A DNA stretch of 64,000 bases from Azolla caroliniana (lineage: Eukaryota > Plantae > Polypodiophyta), in contig JBHGNT010000010.1 in the NCBI GenBank assembly GCA_043228905.1, positions 17,050,001 through 17,114,000 on the forward strand, in the 5' to 3' direction. The position numbers and the translations under genes were made by a program. Below, one piece after another: positions 13,900 through 26,209 of this stretch; positions within the stretch are counted from its first letter, which is position 1, and each line of letters begins with the position of its first letter. The notes beneath the pieces were generated by a model that was not told the origin of the DNA, made no database searches, and worked only from the letters and a program-made list of their open reading frames with translations.

Positions 13900-14640
13900 C
13901 AATATATGACTTTTCAAAGTTAGATCTCAAGGCGCTCAAACGCCACAACGACAATTTTGCAAGCCTTTATCTACCATTCCAAGTCTCTTGCAAGAGCTCC
14001 CACCCTATTTGTCAAAAAGATAGATAGAACCTAGTTGCAACATTGTGTTGACTAATATATCGGTCTTGAACTCACTAATCATTTGGAATTGGTGCCCTTT
14101 GTCACTGATCTACGATATTCTCCTCAAGTGTCTATAGATTTGGAAAATATCGTCCAAAATCAATCGTAATTGCAATGCCTACAATTTGGTATGCATCAAG
14201 TCGAATAATAAGTGGAAGCCAATATTTTGAACATGGCTTAGGCTTTTAGAATAGACAAAATCTTCTCAAAATTTGATCATAATTGCAAGGCCTACACTTT
14301 TGTATGCATCAAGTTGAACAATGAATGAAAACCAACATTTTGAATACATGGGCTTTTCGTATATGATGATGATGCCATTAGAACTTGCAAATGCACTAGC
14401 TATTTTCCAACTCTGAATAACAACATCTTCAAGGAATACATCGATCATTAATTCATTGAGGTCAAATTGGATGAAATCCTAGTATTCTCATTGAGTGGAG
14501 TTCCATGACTATGTGACCTCTTCCAACATAATCACAATGGAGGAACGAAAAGTTTAGTTAATTGTACATACCGGGAAGCCCCAATGGCTGTGAATGAAGT
14601 CCAATCCTTTCTCTAGTTCGCAAATTTCTATCAATGTTAT
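13900..14640 (+). mobile_element. Highly degenerate Gypsy RT relic
   Basis: Scattered motif remnants: FSKLDL at ~13912, YRSLNSL..WNWCPL at ~14056, and VQSFL*FANFY at ~14598. No intact ORF. Confidence 0.4.
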
Positions 14641-15034
14641 CCGTGGGACAAAAGGCACGAGGTGTGGAAAGAATCTTAAAGGAGTGTGAAAAGGAACGAG
14701 TAGGTCATGTGTGAAAAGAGGAAAAGAGCCAGGCACTAGTAGCCAAAGGGGAAGGTAACCGAAATACATGCAACTAACTGTGAATAAAGGCCAAGGATCA
14801 GGAAAGAGTAGTGGAAGCATGACAAGAGGAGAGGCGGCTATATAAATTAGGAAGTAGCAAAAGCAAGGAGGACGAAAGATATCCCTAATTCGAGCTAGAG
14901 TGCCTTAGTTTTAGTTAAGTAGTATGAGTGTGAGAGGTTCAGACTTTACTCGGTTTTGTAATACCAGTGGACTTATTGGGTTCATAGACTTATTGGGTTC
15001 ATAGACTTATTGGGTTCATCCCTATGCCCGTTTC

Positions 15035-15737
15035 GTCTTAAGTGGATGACATGTTGATTGTGGGACCAGACCGAACCAAAATCGAGAATTTGAAGGAGAC
15101 CTTGAACCGGACCTTCTCAATGAAAGATTTGGGTCCGGTGTGACAGATATTAGGGATGCACGTAATCCGGGACCGGACGAAGAAGTTGTTGTGGCTGTCA
15201 CAGGAAAAGTATGTGGGGAAGGTGCTCCAACGGTCCAACATGACAGATGTGAAGCCGGTTGGATCGGCACTTCCGACAAACTGCAAGTTGTTCGAAAAGC
15301 AAAGTCCGAGGAAGAAGGCAAAGAAGTCGGAGATGATGAAGATACCATACGCCTCTTCCGTCAGAAGCTTGATGTATGCAATGGTGTGTACTTGACCGGA
15401 TATCGGATACGCTGTCGGAGTAGTTAGCCGGTTCATGGGCAATTCGGGAAGAGAACACTTGACCGCGGTTAAGTGGATACTTTGGTACTTGAAAGGCACG
15501 TTGAGTATGTGCCTCTGATTCAGCTCTGGAAAACCCATGCTTGAAGGATTCACGGATTCGGATATGTCGGCTGATGCGGATACTAGCCAGTCAACTTCCG
15601 GATATGTTATGACATATTTAAGGGGAGCCGTATTGTGGCAGTCGAGGCTGCAGAAGTCCGTTGCACTATCAACAACGGAAGCGGAGTACATGGCGGCTGT
15701 GGAAGCCGGTAAAGAGGTAATCTGGATGAAGGACTTC
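15035..15737 (+). mobile_element. Ty1/Copia (Tnt1-like) RT-RNase H fragment
   Basis: VDDMLIVG, MKDLG, LWLSQEKY, PYASSVRSLMYAMVCT*PDI, GFTDSD and QKSVALSTTEAEYMA, with stops. No flanking LTR pair identified. Confidence 0.9.
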
Positions 15738-15890
15738 AGGAGAGCTAAGAATCCGGTCTCACGGTTTTCCGCATGGATGCGTAGAAATAGGACGGAACCA
15801 GGGGATTTCGGACCAAGGAGTCGGAATAGGGGGTAAGGGAGGACTGTGTCATTTTCTGGATAGCTACGCCGGTTCAGTCCATGGTCGCGT

Positions 15891-16668
15891 TGTCGAGGAA
15901 ATCCGCGAGTACGTGTTGAAAAGGGTGGGACCACGGGGGTCTTGGACTAGGGAGTAGGAGAAGGGAGAGAAGCTTGGGAGTTCAATTGAGAAGGAAGAGA
16001 AAGATTATGATTCGAGAGATTAAGGCAAGAGAGAATAAGATCTAAACAAGACAACATACATCAAACAATTACATTATGGAAAGCACCACACCAATTACAA
16101 CCGCTCGACGAAACCCTAAACCCCTATAGGGGAAAAGAAGAAGAAGAAGAAGAAGAAAACCCTAAAACGAAATCCTAAAACCCGAAACCCTAAACGAAAT
16201 AGGGATGAGAAATATATACCCTAATGGTCTACCCCAAATCAACAAAATGGCGACCATTCAATGGTCATCCCTCAATCCCTTTTATAGTAGTAAAGGGTGA
16301 GGCACATTACAAAAAGAGAGGCCAAATATCCCCTTCCTTCAATGGGGAATATTTGCCTTGATCTTAGGAGGAGAGATTGATGGAGCCTTAACTCCCTCTC
16401 CTCACACCCAACCACACCCTCTACTTATTACACCGTACTTCCATGCACTCCCCTTTAGTCTACATGTGCATGAGCCCCTAAGTACACATCACCTTTATAC
16501 TTCAGAAACTTTGTAGTGCACTTTTAGCACCTTACATTCTACCCTTCCTTTTACATTTGTTACTTAATCTTATTTTACAATTCTATCAAGTGCATGTGCA
16601 ATGTTGCACATCCCCATTTTATTCATCCCCCTTAGGTTTTCTCACCATAGCCGAAAAACCTCACGACA
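15891..16668 (-). mobile_element. Solo LTR, diverged member of the tRNA-Trp/NCGN LTR family
   Basis: Termini TGTCGAG...CACGACA. Shares GGGACCACGGGGGTCT and other blocks with 17965-18639 and 57940-58801. Flanks GCGT / ACGT. Confidence 0.8.
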
Positions 16669-17850
16669 ACGTATCGGATACAGAATGATACCTGGATCAG
16701 AGCGGCGCAGCTCACCGGCCTGAGGGAGCTATATCTTTCCCCGGTCAAGATGTCGGGGAGCAGCGGCAAACGCACATGCTCGTGAACTCGTACATGCACG
16801 CAACAAATTCAGGACGAGAATAAGACACAGGATGAGAGCACAACCAACACACAACAAGTAGGAACCACGCAGAAACCCCAACAAATGGGACTCAACAAAC
16901 TAATGATTAACAGAGAATCCAAAGAGTACAACCGGGCACGACTGACAACAACGCTTAGCGCTCTCAGGAGAGATGCACGCGCAAACACACACAAACACAC
17001 ACACACACACACACACACCGGGAGACATGGCAAAGATTCTCTGGCTGGGAGCACATGGGCAGTCAACGCGAGCAGAGACTTCCACTCCTTGTTCGAAACA
17101 ATGCAGGTTCAAACGATGTCGCGAAGATTTCTGGCTACGGTGAGAAAACCAAGTGGAATGGGCAAAGTCAGCAAAGTGCACCGTGTGTACATTTACATTC
17201 CAAAATGTGTATAAAATAAAAAGGGGATATTTATCCCACATTGTAACGTCCTTCCCTCGGACTAAAAAAGAGAGGAAGGGGCTCTGATGAGGGGTTGCCC
17301 ATTTTGAGTTAGGAGGGTATACCACTTAGATCTAGGGTTTGGTAGTTGTCTCTTGTTCTTACCATCTTACTTTCATTTAGGGTTCCTTTTAGGTCTTCTT
17401 CTTCGTCATCGTGTGGGTGGAGTCTTTGTGTTTGTTAAGGGTTTAGTCCAGTTGAGAGCTCGTATGTCCTAGGGGGTTTCACTTCTGCTCTGTCTCCTTT
17501 TCAAGACCCCGCTCAATGCAGCGAGCTTGAGAGCTCCCCGATCGGCGGCTTGGCAGCAGACTAATGTTGTAACCTAATCTACCTTAGACCGGCTTGAAGT
17601 GTCTTTGGATTTCTTTCTTTCTGGTTTCTGGACATAGGAAGCGTGTGTCAAGACGGTGTTGCATGTGTGCCCTTTTTCCCTCTCTCATTTGGTTGATGTC
17701 AGTACATATCCGAAAACGCTTTGGTCGGTGTTTTGGCCAGTTGCCGAAAACGGTTAAGCTCGACCTTCCATGGTCTGTTTCTCTCAGGTCCAAGACCCAT
17801 GTGGTCCCGCCCCGGATCTAACACGTACCCACAGATTTCCCTGACATCTT

Positions 17851-17868
17851 TGGTGAACCCGACGTGAA
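17851..17868 (+). promoter_or_regulatory. Primer-binding site complementary to the 3' end of cytosolic tRNA-Trp (copies at 24475-24492 on + and 29103-29120 on -)
   Basis: TGGTGAACCCGACGTGAA, 4 nt after the LTR end, is the reverse complement of the plant tRNA-Trp 3' end TTCACGTCGGGTTCA-CCA (tRNA sequence recalled from memory). Confidence 0.85.
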
Positions 17869-18819
17869 AGGGTGGGAAGGGAGGATGGAGTTGGAAGATG
17901 ATGAATTCGGGGAGATAATGGTGAAGGCACCGGTGGAGTTCGGACAAGCGATGATGAGACGAGATATCGCGTTATTACGCGCCTGCGTGTAGAAAGGGGC
18001 GGGACCACGGGGGTCTCGGACGAGGGAAAAAGGGATGCCAAGAAAACGACTCCGGAGGCGACCCGGAGGCGACCGAACACGAGAGAGAGAGAGCGTGCGC
18101 ACGACACCGACTCTTATGCATAGGGAACAAAGGGCTATGCTCCCGACACCACCGGATACACCAACATGCACAAACAGATACAAGCGTATATATTACAAAG
18201 GAAAAGATAAAACCCCGGCTTTGAGCCGGGCTACGCTTAGAAGAAAAGACGTTAACCCTAACAGAGCTTTGCCGCCATGGCTACTGCGCCCAACTTCTCA
18301 AGAAGGAGGAGAAGAAGAAGACCACAAGACAGTTACTAACCCTAGAAATTCTTAACAAAACAACCCTCTAGAAAATGGTATATACCCTTACGACTCAAAA
18401 TGGGCAACCCCTCTACAAGGGACCATCCCTTCCTTTTATAGAACAAGGAGAGGGATGTGTTATAATGTGGGATAAATCCCGATTTACATGGGATTCTTTG
18501 TCCCGACTTGACTCCCACTCGGCGCCATAAAGGCACCCCTATTATTCACAAGTTTATACAAGGGTGAGTGCACATGATGCACTCCACCGATTCTTCCGAT
18601 ATTCCCCGGTTTCTCACCATGGCCGTAATCTTCACGACATCCGCCCCCACCAAACTGCACGTCCACCGATACGTGCCAAGTTCGGAGAAGTGTGAGAGAT
18701 TCCGGCCGGTGAGGAACCGGTCTTCCGTAATCCACATTCCGGTTGCCGCGTTGCCCTTGCCGGTCCGAACCGTTGGCTCTGGTTCCTTTTCCGCGTTTGC
18801 CTCGCCGTAGGCTTGTTCG

Positions 18820-21800
18820 TGTCAGAACCAAGAGAGAAGGTAAAGTGATAGAAGAAAGATATAAAGAGATCACAAGAAGAGGAATGAAATGATAAGAGAA
18901 GAATGAATGTATTAAAGTAGAATAAGAATGGATACAAGATAGGCAATAAGAGCTTAAGACTGGTGTTGATTCGAATTGGTTTTGAGAAGAATTGTATGTC
19001 CATATTTATAGGTTCATATAGAATAACCTAGTGATTTCTATAATGTTCTAGAATGTTCTAGACCTAGAATATTCTAAGATGTTCTAGGATATTCTAGAAT
19101 GTTCTAGGATGTTCTAGAACATTTACAATATCAGTCTATTATAAGAAGTAGCTTTTATTATTTTATATAATCATATGTTATCTTAATGGTTAGGTTCTTG
19201 ATTATGTATTACAAGGTCTTGGGTTCAAGCCCAAGTGAAGCCACATAATGTTCACGGATTCATGACACTATCCCTCCTCTTAAAACTACGAGTGGAAGGA
19301 GTTGTTAATAATGTAGGGCCGGGTTTGTTGGGATAGTGACGATGAAAGTTGTCAATAAGAGCTTGAGCATTACAAACATTATCGACGGGTTCCCATGTGC
19401 GATCGCTCGGAGTATAGCCTAGCCAATCAACTAGATAATACAACTTATTGCACACAATCTTTGAATCAAGAATGGAGGCTACCTCATACTCTGGGCCATC
19501 AACAAGTTGGAGAGGAGGCGGTGGTGGCACAGCACGATTAGGAATCGAGCTGGTGTGGTAAGGTTCCAAAAGAGAGTTGTGAAAGACTGGATGAAGCCGC
19601 AAACTTGCAGGAAGATCAAGACATAATGTCGCATCATTAATTCGCTTCGTGATGACAAAAGGACCCAAGCATTTATAATCTAGTTTATCACACAGTCAAG
19701 TAGTCTTTATGTGACGGCGTAACAACCATACTTGATCACCAACCTTGAATGGACACGGAAGACGATGTCGATCTGCATGGGCCTTATGTTGGGCTTGAGC
19801 TTTCTGAAGATGTGAAGACAACTCAGACTGAAGATGTTGTAGTCGATGGAGGTGTTGCTCTGCACTAGGGTTTGGTGAGATCACTGGAATGTCCAAGAGA
19901 CACCATCAAGGATGGTTGCCATTATAGGCATAGAAAGGTGTGACCTTAGTAGAAGATTGTATGGTGTTATTGTATGCAAACTCTGCAAGATGCAATATAT
20001 GACTCCAATCATCTTGTTGATAACTGATGAAACATCAAAGATATTGCTCAAGTGTTTGATTTGTGCGCTTTGTTTGGCCATTAGTTTCAAGATGATATGC
20101 TGAAGAGAGTTTGCAAGAGATTCGGAGCCCGTCACATAGGTGCTTCCAAAAGTGAGAGATAAATTGCAGTCCACGATCACTAATTATGTCGTTTGGAAGA
20201 CCATGATGGCGAAATACTTCACGCATAATGATATATGTTGTTTCTTGACTATTGATGCTTTTTACGCAGGGTAGAAAATGTGCCATCTTGGTAAACCGAT
20301 CCACTACGGTTAAAATAGCATCAAAACCTTGTGACAGTGGCAGATCTGTAATGAAATCCATACTAATTGACTGCCATGGCTTGCTCGGAGTCGGCAATGG
20401 TTGTAACAACCCATAAGGATGATGCCTAAGCATTTTAGCTCGACAACATGTGTCACATGTGCGAACATAATCTTCAACGAATTGTTGTAAATGAGGCCAC
20501 CAAAATGATCGCTTCACTAGCTCCATGGTCTTGGCAATACCAAAGTGTCCGGCCATACGGGCATCATGACAGTGCTCCAACACTCGAAGGCGTGGTGATC
20601 CATCAGGGACATAAAGTAGATTCTTGTAGAAAAGTAAGTTATCTTGCCACTTGAACTCCTTATAGCGTCGAGATGTCCCTGGCATGATTCCTTATAGCGT
20701 GGAGCAAAATGCATGATTTGGACCAAGGTGGGTGAGGACATCCTTAGCAAAATCATCAAAGTTAAGTTGTTGTCCAATAGTATCAAGAAGACTTGAATCC
20801 AATGGTGTGGCACAAACCGTGGTTGCTTGTAGCTTTGTTGGACCAAGGAGAACTTGCTTTTGATTGTCGAAAGCTGGATCTCCAGGGCGAACTGCCAAAT
20901 ATGAGCGTCGAGATAGAGCATCTGCTTGCCCTTGTTGGTTCCCTGGGTGAAAAATGATCTTGAAATCAAAACGAGTTAAAAATTGCGCCCACCGAGCTTG
21001 TCGCCTATTTAGCACTCGAGCCGTTGTCGCGTTATTACGTGCGTGCATGTAGAAGGGGCGGGACCACGGGGGTCTCGGACGAGGGAGAAGAGGGATGCCA
21101 AGAAAACCAACACCGGACACGACCTGGATGCAACCGAACACGAGAGAGAGAGAGAGAGACAAAGGAGAGGGCGAGCGTGCGTGCGACACCGACTCTTATG
21201 CACAGGAAGCAAGGGGTTGTGCTTCCGACACCACCAAATACACCAATATGCACAAACAAATACGAGTATGTATATTACAAGGGAAAGAATGCATCCCCAG
21301 CTTCGAGCCGGACCAAGATAGGTTAGGTTACAACAACAGTCTGCTGCCAAGCCGTAGATCGAGGGAGCTCTCGGGCTCGTCGCACCGAGCAGGATCTTGC
21401 ACAGGAGACCGAGCAGAAACAAACCCTAAACAGACACGAACTCTCGACCCATACGAAGAAGAAGAAGAAGAAGAAGAAACTACCTAAATCTAACGGTATA
21501 CCCTCCTAACTCAAAATGGGCAACCCTCTTACAAAGGACGCTCCCTTCCTTTTATAGAACAAGGAGAGGGATGCGTAACAATGTGGGATAAATCCCTTAT
21601 TACATGGGATCCTCTGTCCCGACTTAACTCCTATTATTCACACGCTTTTACAAGGGTAAGTGCACATGGTGCACTCCGCCGATTCTTCCGATATTCCCCG
21701 GTTTCTCACTATGGCCCGGAATTTTCACGACACCGTTTGAAAATATGTAAGATTTTTGTGGTCATTATAAATGATGATTTGATGAGGTGAACCTTCCAAG

Positions 21801-22862
21801 AAATGTCTCCATTGCGCAAAAGAGTTGACCATAACTAATAACTCTTTGTCATGCACCTCGTAGTTGATCTCCACAACATTAAACTTCCTTGAGTGAAACG
21901 CGACTGGATGTAAGTGCCCATCTCCACCTGGTTGTGATAGGATGCTCCCCAATGCAAAGTCGGGTGCATCTACCTCAATGATAAATGGCTTTTCTGGATC
22001 AACATGAGCTAAGACAGGAGTTGATGTGAATGCTTCTTTCAATTGAGTAAAGGTTTTGTTTGCTTCAAACCCATCGAATTTAGTTGGGAGGTTGATTTTG
22101 GGCTCCTTAAGAACTCCTTAACTGTCGACTTTCAGTTGTTGTAAAGCTACTGTTGCTGACTCTAGTTGTTGAACCCTTCGTGTAAACTCGTCATGTATTT
22201 GTTGCTTCTCTACTGAAACCTTATGTAGGTCTTCAAGCAATCGTTGATTCTCCAGCTCCAGTGATGCAAACTTGCTTTTGAGATTCTCCATTTCTGAAAC
22301 AAGGGCGAAGTATTCTTGTGGGTTGCCAGCAGCCATGGGTACTTATTAGTGTTTGTGGAAGAGGCTAGACGGGAAGAAGAAATTCGAATCAAACTGTCAA
22401 AACCAAGAGAGAAGGTAAAGTGATAGAAGAAAGATATAAAGAGATCACAAGAAGAGGAATGAAATGATAAGAGAAGAATGAATGTATTAAAGTAGAATAA
22501 GAATGGATACAAGATAGGCGATGAGAGCTTAAGACTGGTGTTGATTCGAATTGGTTTTAAGAAGAATTGTATGTCCATATTTATAGGTTCCTATAGAATA
22601 ACCTAGTGATTTCTATAATGTTCTAGAATGTTCTAGACTTAGAATATTCTAAGATGTTCTAGGATATTCTAGAATGTTCTAGGATGTTCTAGAATGTTCT
22701 AGGATGTTCTAGAACATTTACAATATCAGTCTATTACAAGAAGTACCTTTTATTATTTCATATAATCATATGTTATCTTAATGGTTAGGTTCTTGATTAT
22801 GTATTACAAGGTCTTGGGATCAAGCCCAAGTGAAGCCACATAATGTTCACGGATTCATGATA
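18820..22862 (-). mobile_element. Chromovirus (Tcn1/Tf1-like Gypsy), internally deleted
   Basis: LTRs 18820-19267 and 22395-22862; TSD GTTCG. The gag start (22336) is fused to RNase H, with protease and RT missing. Integrase motifs HD..GHFG..C..C, ISMDFITDLP and SDRG; chromodomain EYEVASILDS...YLVDWLGY...TWEP; PPT AAGAGGAGGGATAG. Confidence 0.93.
21025..21732 (-). mobile_element. Solo LTR of the tRNA-Trp/NCGN family inserted in the chromovirus RNase H
   Basis: TGTCGCG...CACGACA with perfect TSD CCGT. Removing it restores the host frame [15 protein letters not shown]. Confidence 0.95.
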
Positions 22863-23735
22863 GTTCGACCCGTCGATAGGTCATTCGTCGTGATCCAGTA
22901 GTGCGTTTGTTTCCCCGTTGGCCCTTCTCTTGACCGCATGCACGCCCTTCGGTTACGCGGTATCCCTCGTCCGAGGCCTCTGTCTACCTTCTCATCCCGT
23001 GCTGATCTCCATCGCCTTCGTCCCTCGCCGCCACCTACCTTCTCCTTGGTCTTACGCTGCCACGACGGCCGAACTGCCAAGGTCTCCGGAACCAGTGTGG
23101 AGGATCCCTCTCTGGCCTTCTACGCGAGATCACCTAAACCGGCAACCTATCTCCGTGCCGGTGCTCCCGCTCTGGCACCTCTGTGTGTCGCGCTCTCTCC
23201 ACTTATCGGTGTCCTCCATGTCCGAGGAACACCCCGTAGTAGCCCGCTTGCCCCCCCCCCCCCCTTTTGTCTCGCGCCGTTGTGACCGGTTGGAGCCTTC
23301 TGCTTGCCGTCGTCCCCTTGCCCCCACCGGCTTGTCATCTCGGGCTTGGCTTGCCAACCAGTCGTTGCCACTTCGACTGAGCCGCTGAGATCTCCAAAGC
23401 GAGTGTGGAGGATCCTTCTCTGACTCTTGATACCGTCCCCAGTCTTCAACCATGCAATCTGTTACCTCGATCCCGACACCGTCGTGTGCCGTCTTCCATC
23501 GTCCTTGTTCGGCACCGCTCGTGCCGACATCTGTCCCGTACTCATGCTTCAAACCGGCCCTTAATGGCCACATGCTCGTCTTCCGTTTCGCTCCCGGGTG
23601 TGCATTTCCGACTTAACACACCGCTCCCTGCTTGGCTCTTACCGGCTCCTTCCGAATCCGTAACCGACCAGTAAGGGTTCACCCCTTCTTCAATTAGAGT
23701 TTTGCCGGCTCTCGTCTCACCGGCTCCCAATCCGC

Positions 23736-26189
23736 TATCGTGGAGAAAACCGTCCCTAGGCGGAATCGAAGAATATCGGGAGAATCGGCGGTGTGCACCA
23801 TGTGCACTTACCCTTGTAAAAAACGCGTGAATAGTAGGAGTCAAGTCAGGACAGAGAATCCCATGTAAGTCGGGATTTATCCCACATTGTAACGCATCCA
23901 TCTCCTTGTTCTGTAAAAGAAAGGGATGGTCCCTTGTTGAGGGGTTGCCCATTTTGAGTTAGGAAGGGTATACCACGTAGGTCTAGGGTTTGGTAGTTTT
24001 CTTGGTCTGCACCCTATTTCGTTCTAGGGTTTTGTCTTGGGTTTCTTCTTCTTTTTCTCCCCCCTTTGTGTTGCTTAAGGTTTGCTTCTACTCGGTCTTC
24101 TGCGCAAGACCCCGCTCGGCGCGACAAGCCCGTGAGCCCCTCGATTGGCGGTTTGGCAACAGACTACTACTGTAACCTACCTTGGTTCAGCTCGAAGCTG
24201 GGGTTGTATCTTTCCCTGTAATATATATATATACTCATGTTTGTTTGTGCATATCGGTGTAGTTGGTGGAGTCGGGAGCACAACCCCTTTGTTTCCTATG
24301 TATAAGAGTCGGTGTAGCAGGCATGCTCTCTCTCTCTTCTCTCTCTCTCTCTCTCGTGTTCGGTTGCCTCTGGGACGCGTCCGGAATAATCTTCTCGGCA
24401 TCCCTTCCTCTCTCGTCCAAGACCCCCGTGGTCCCGCCCCTTCTACACGCACGCGTGTAACAACGCGACATATTTGGTGAACCCGATGTGAAGGTTGGCA
24501 AGGGAGAATGGAGCTAGAGGAAGACGACTTCACGCAACTTTTTGTCGAAGCGGTGAGGGAGTTTGGACGAGCAATAACAAGACGAGAGACGGTGCAACAA
24601 GCGGTTGAGTGAGTGGTCGAAAGAGTCAGTTGTTTCAACGGGGACAAAGTCCCATTCTACTTGGAAGCCTACTACGGGGAAATGGAGCGAGACATAGACG
24701 AGGCGTTAAGGCTGGAGTTCTTTTGTCGGGTCAACGTCGTCCGTATGCACGCGGAAGTGAAGGAGCTCCGAGAAGCTCATAGTTCGTGGGAGGACTTCGA
24801 AGAGGCGCTCCTGCAGACATATGGGGGACGACAGAAGAGCCGGGGACGACGTGACTTCGACCAGTGGGTGGCATCAGCGAAGACCCACCGCGGCGCAATG
24901 AAGGCATTCCGAGAGTTCGAGCAACGGCTTGCTCGACTCTTGGAGCGGGAACAAGGTTTGGTGGGGGCGGACAAAGTCCTGGTGTTCCTTAAGTCGATCG
25001 ACCAAGCGGAACGGGAGGCCATCGTGATTGAGCTCGAAGACGAGAACAGAGCGAATGGCCTTATTGAGGTTTGGTCGAAGGTCGGAAGGGTATGCCAACG
25101 GCTAGATGACGAGCGAGCCGAGAAGGCAAAGGGGAAGGCGCATGACAGCGCGCCATCACAGCGGAAAGAGGCCGAACGGCAAAGAGAGTCGGCAAGGCTC
25201 GATTTCGGAGCTAGGATTGCGGAGGCTTACGCAACTCTCGAGCCAATGCTTGAGGAAGAGGAAAGATCGAGGTTGCAACCCGCGACGCCGAGGAGATGAA
25301 CTTCCCCCAAGAGATGGTAGAAGACTGGTACCACGGTACCACGGGAGAGGGTGCGGAACCCTAAACCCTCTCGAATTGCAGATATCGAGCGACCGAGGAC
25401 AAGGCCGAGATACCGAGCACAGGATCGAAACGTTGGGACCGGCGGGATCAGAATGTTGGGACTGTCGTGGAGAAAACCATCCCTAGGCGGAATTGAAGAA
25501 TATCGGGAGAATCGGCGGTGTGCACCATGTGCACTTACCCTTGTAAACAACGTGTGAATAGTAGGAGTCAAGTCGGGACAGAGAATCCCATGTAAGTCGG
25601 GATTTATCCCACATTGTAACGCATCCATCTCCTTGTTCTATAAAAGGAAGGGATGGTCCCTTGTAGAGGGGTTGCCCATTTTGAGTTAGGAAGGGTATAC
25701 CACGTGTCTAGGGTTTGGTAGTTTTCTTGGTCTGCACCCTATTTCGTTCTAGGGTTTCGTCTTGGGTTTCTCCTTCTTCTTCTCCCCCCTTTGTGTTGCT
25801 TAAGGTTTGCTTCTTCTCGGTCTTCTGCGCAAGACCCCGCTCGGCGCGACAAGCCCGTGAGCCCCTCGATTGGCGACTTGGCAACAGACTACTGTTGTAG
25901 CCTACCTTGGTCCGGCTCGAAGCCGGGGTTGTATCTTTCCCTGTAATATATATATATACTCGTGTTTGTTTGTGCATATCGGTGTAGTTGGTGGAGTAGG
26001 GAGCACAACCCCTTTGTTTCTTGTGTATAAGAGTCGGTGTAGCAGGCATGCTCTCTCTCTCTTCTCTCTCTCTCTCTCTCATGTTCGGTTGCCTTTAGGA
26101 CGCGTCTGGAATCGTCTTCTCGGCATCCCTTCCTCTCTCGTCCGAGACCCCCGGGGTCCCGCCCCTTCTACACGCACGTCAACGCAACA
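23736..26189 (+). mobile_element. Short two-LTR gag-only element (element C) inserted in element B
   Basis: LTRs 23736-24470 and 25463-26189, perfect TSD CCGC, tRNA-Trp PBS, and a ~1 kb interior containing only gag plus one hairpin module. Confidence 0.92.
24508..25299 (+). pseudogene. gag-like capsid ORF of element C (one internal stop)
   Basis: The ATG lies just after the PBS: MELEEDDF...FNGDKVPFYLEAY...WEDFEEALLQTY...FDQWV...DKVLVFLKSID...LED..ANGL..W. Three homologous copies in the window. The gag assignment rests on position and general resemblance to bryophyte/fern Gypsy gag. Confidence 0.7.
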
Positions 26190-26209
26190 CCGCTCTTTCT
26201 GCATCGCCC

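Noticed and set aside
14635-15020. LTR-like segment with TATA box and a 17-bp triple repeat before the Copia fragment
   Set aside because: No second LTR, PBS or TSD could be identified, so it is left unassigned.
15038-15934. 298-aa minus-strand ORF
   Set aside because: It is the antisense shadow of the Copia RT-RNase H fragment.
17284-17310. Hammerhead ribozyme (CTGATGA followed by a GGG/CCC stem) suggesting a retrozyme
   Set aside because: No GAAA follows the stem, and CTGATGA is not conserved in the other LTR copies.
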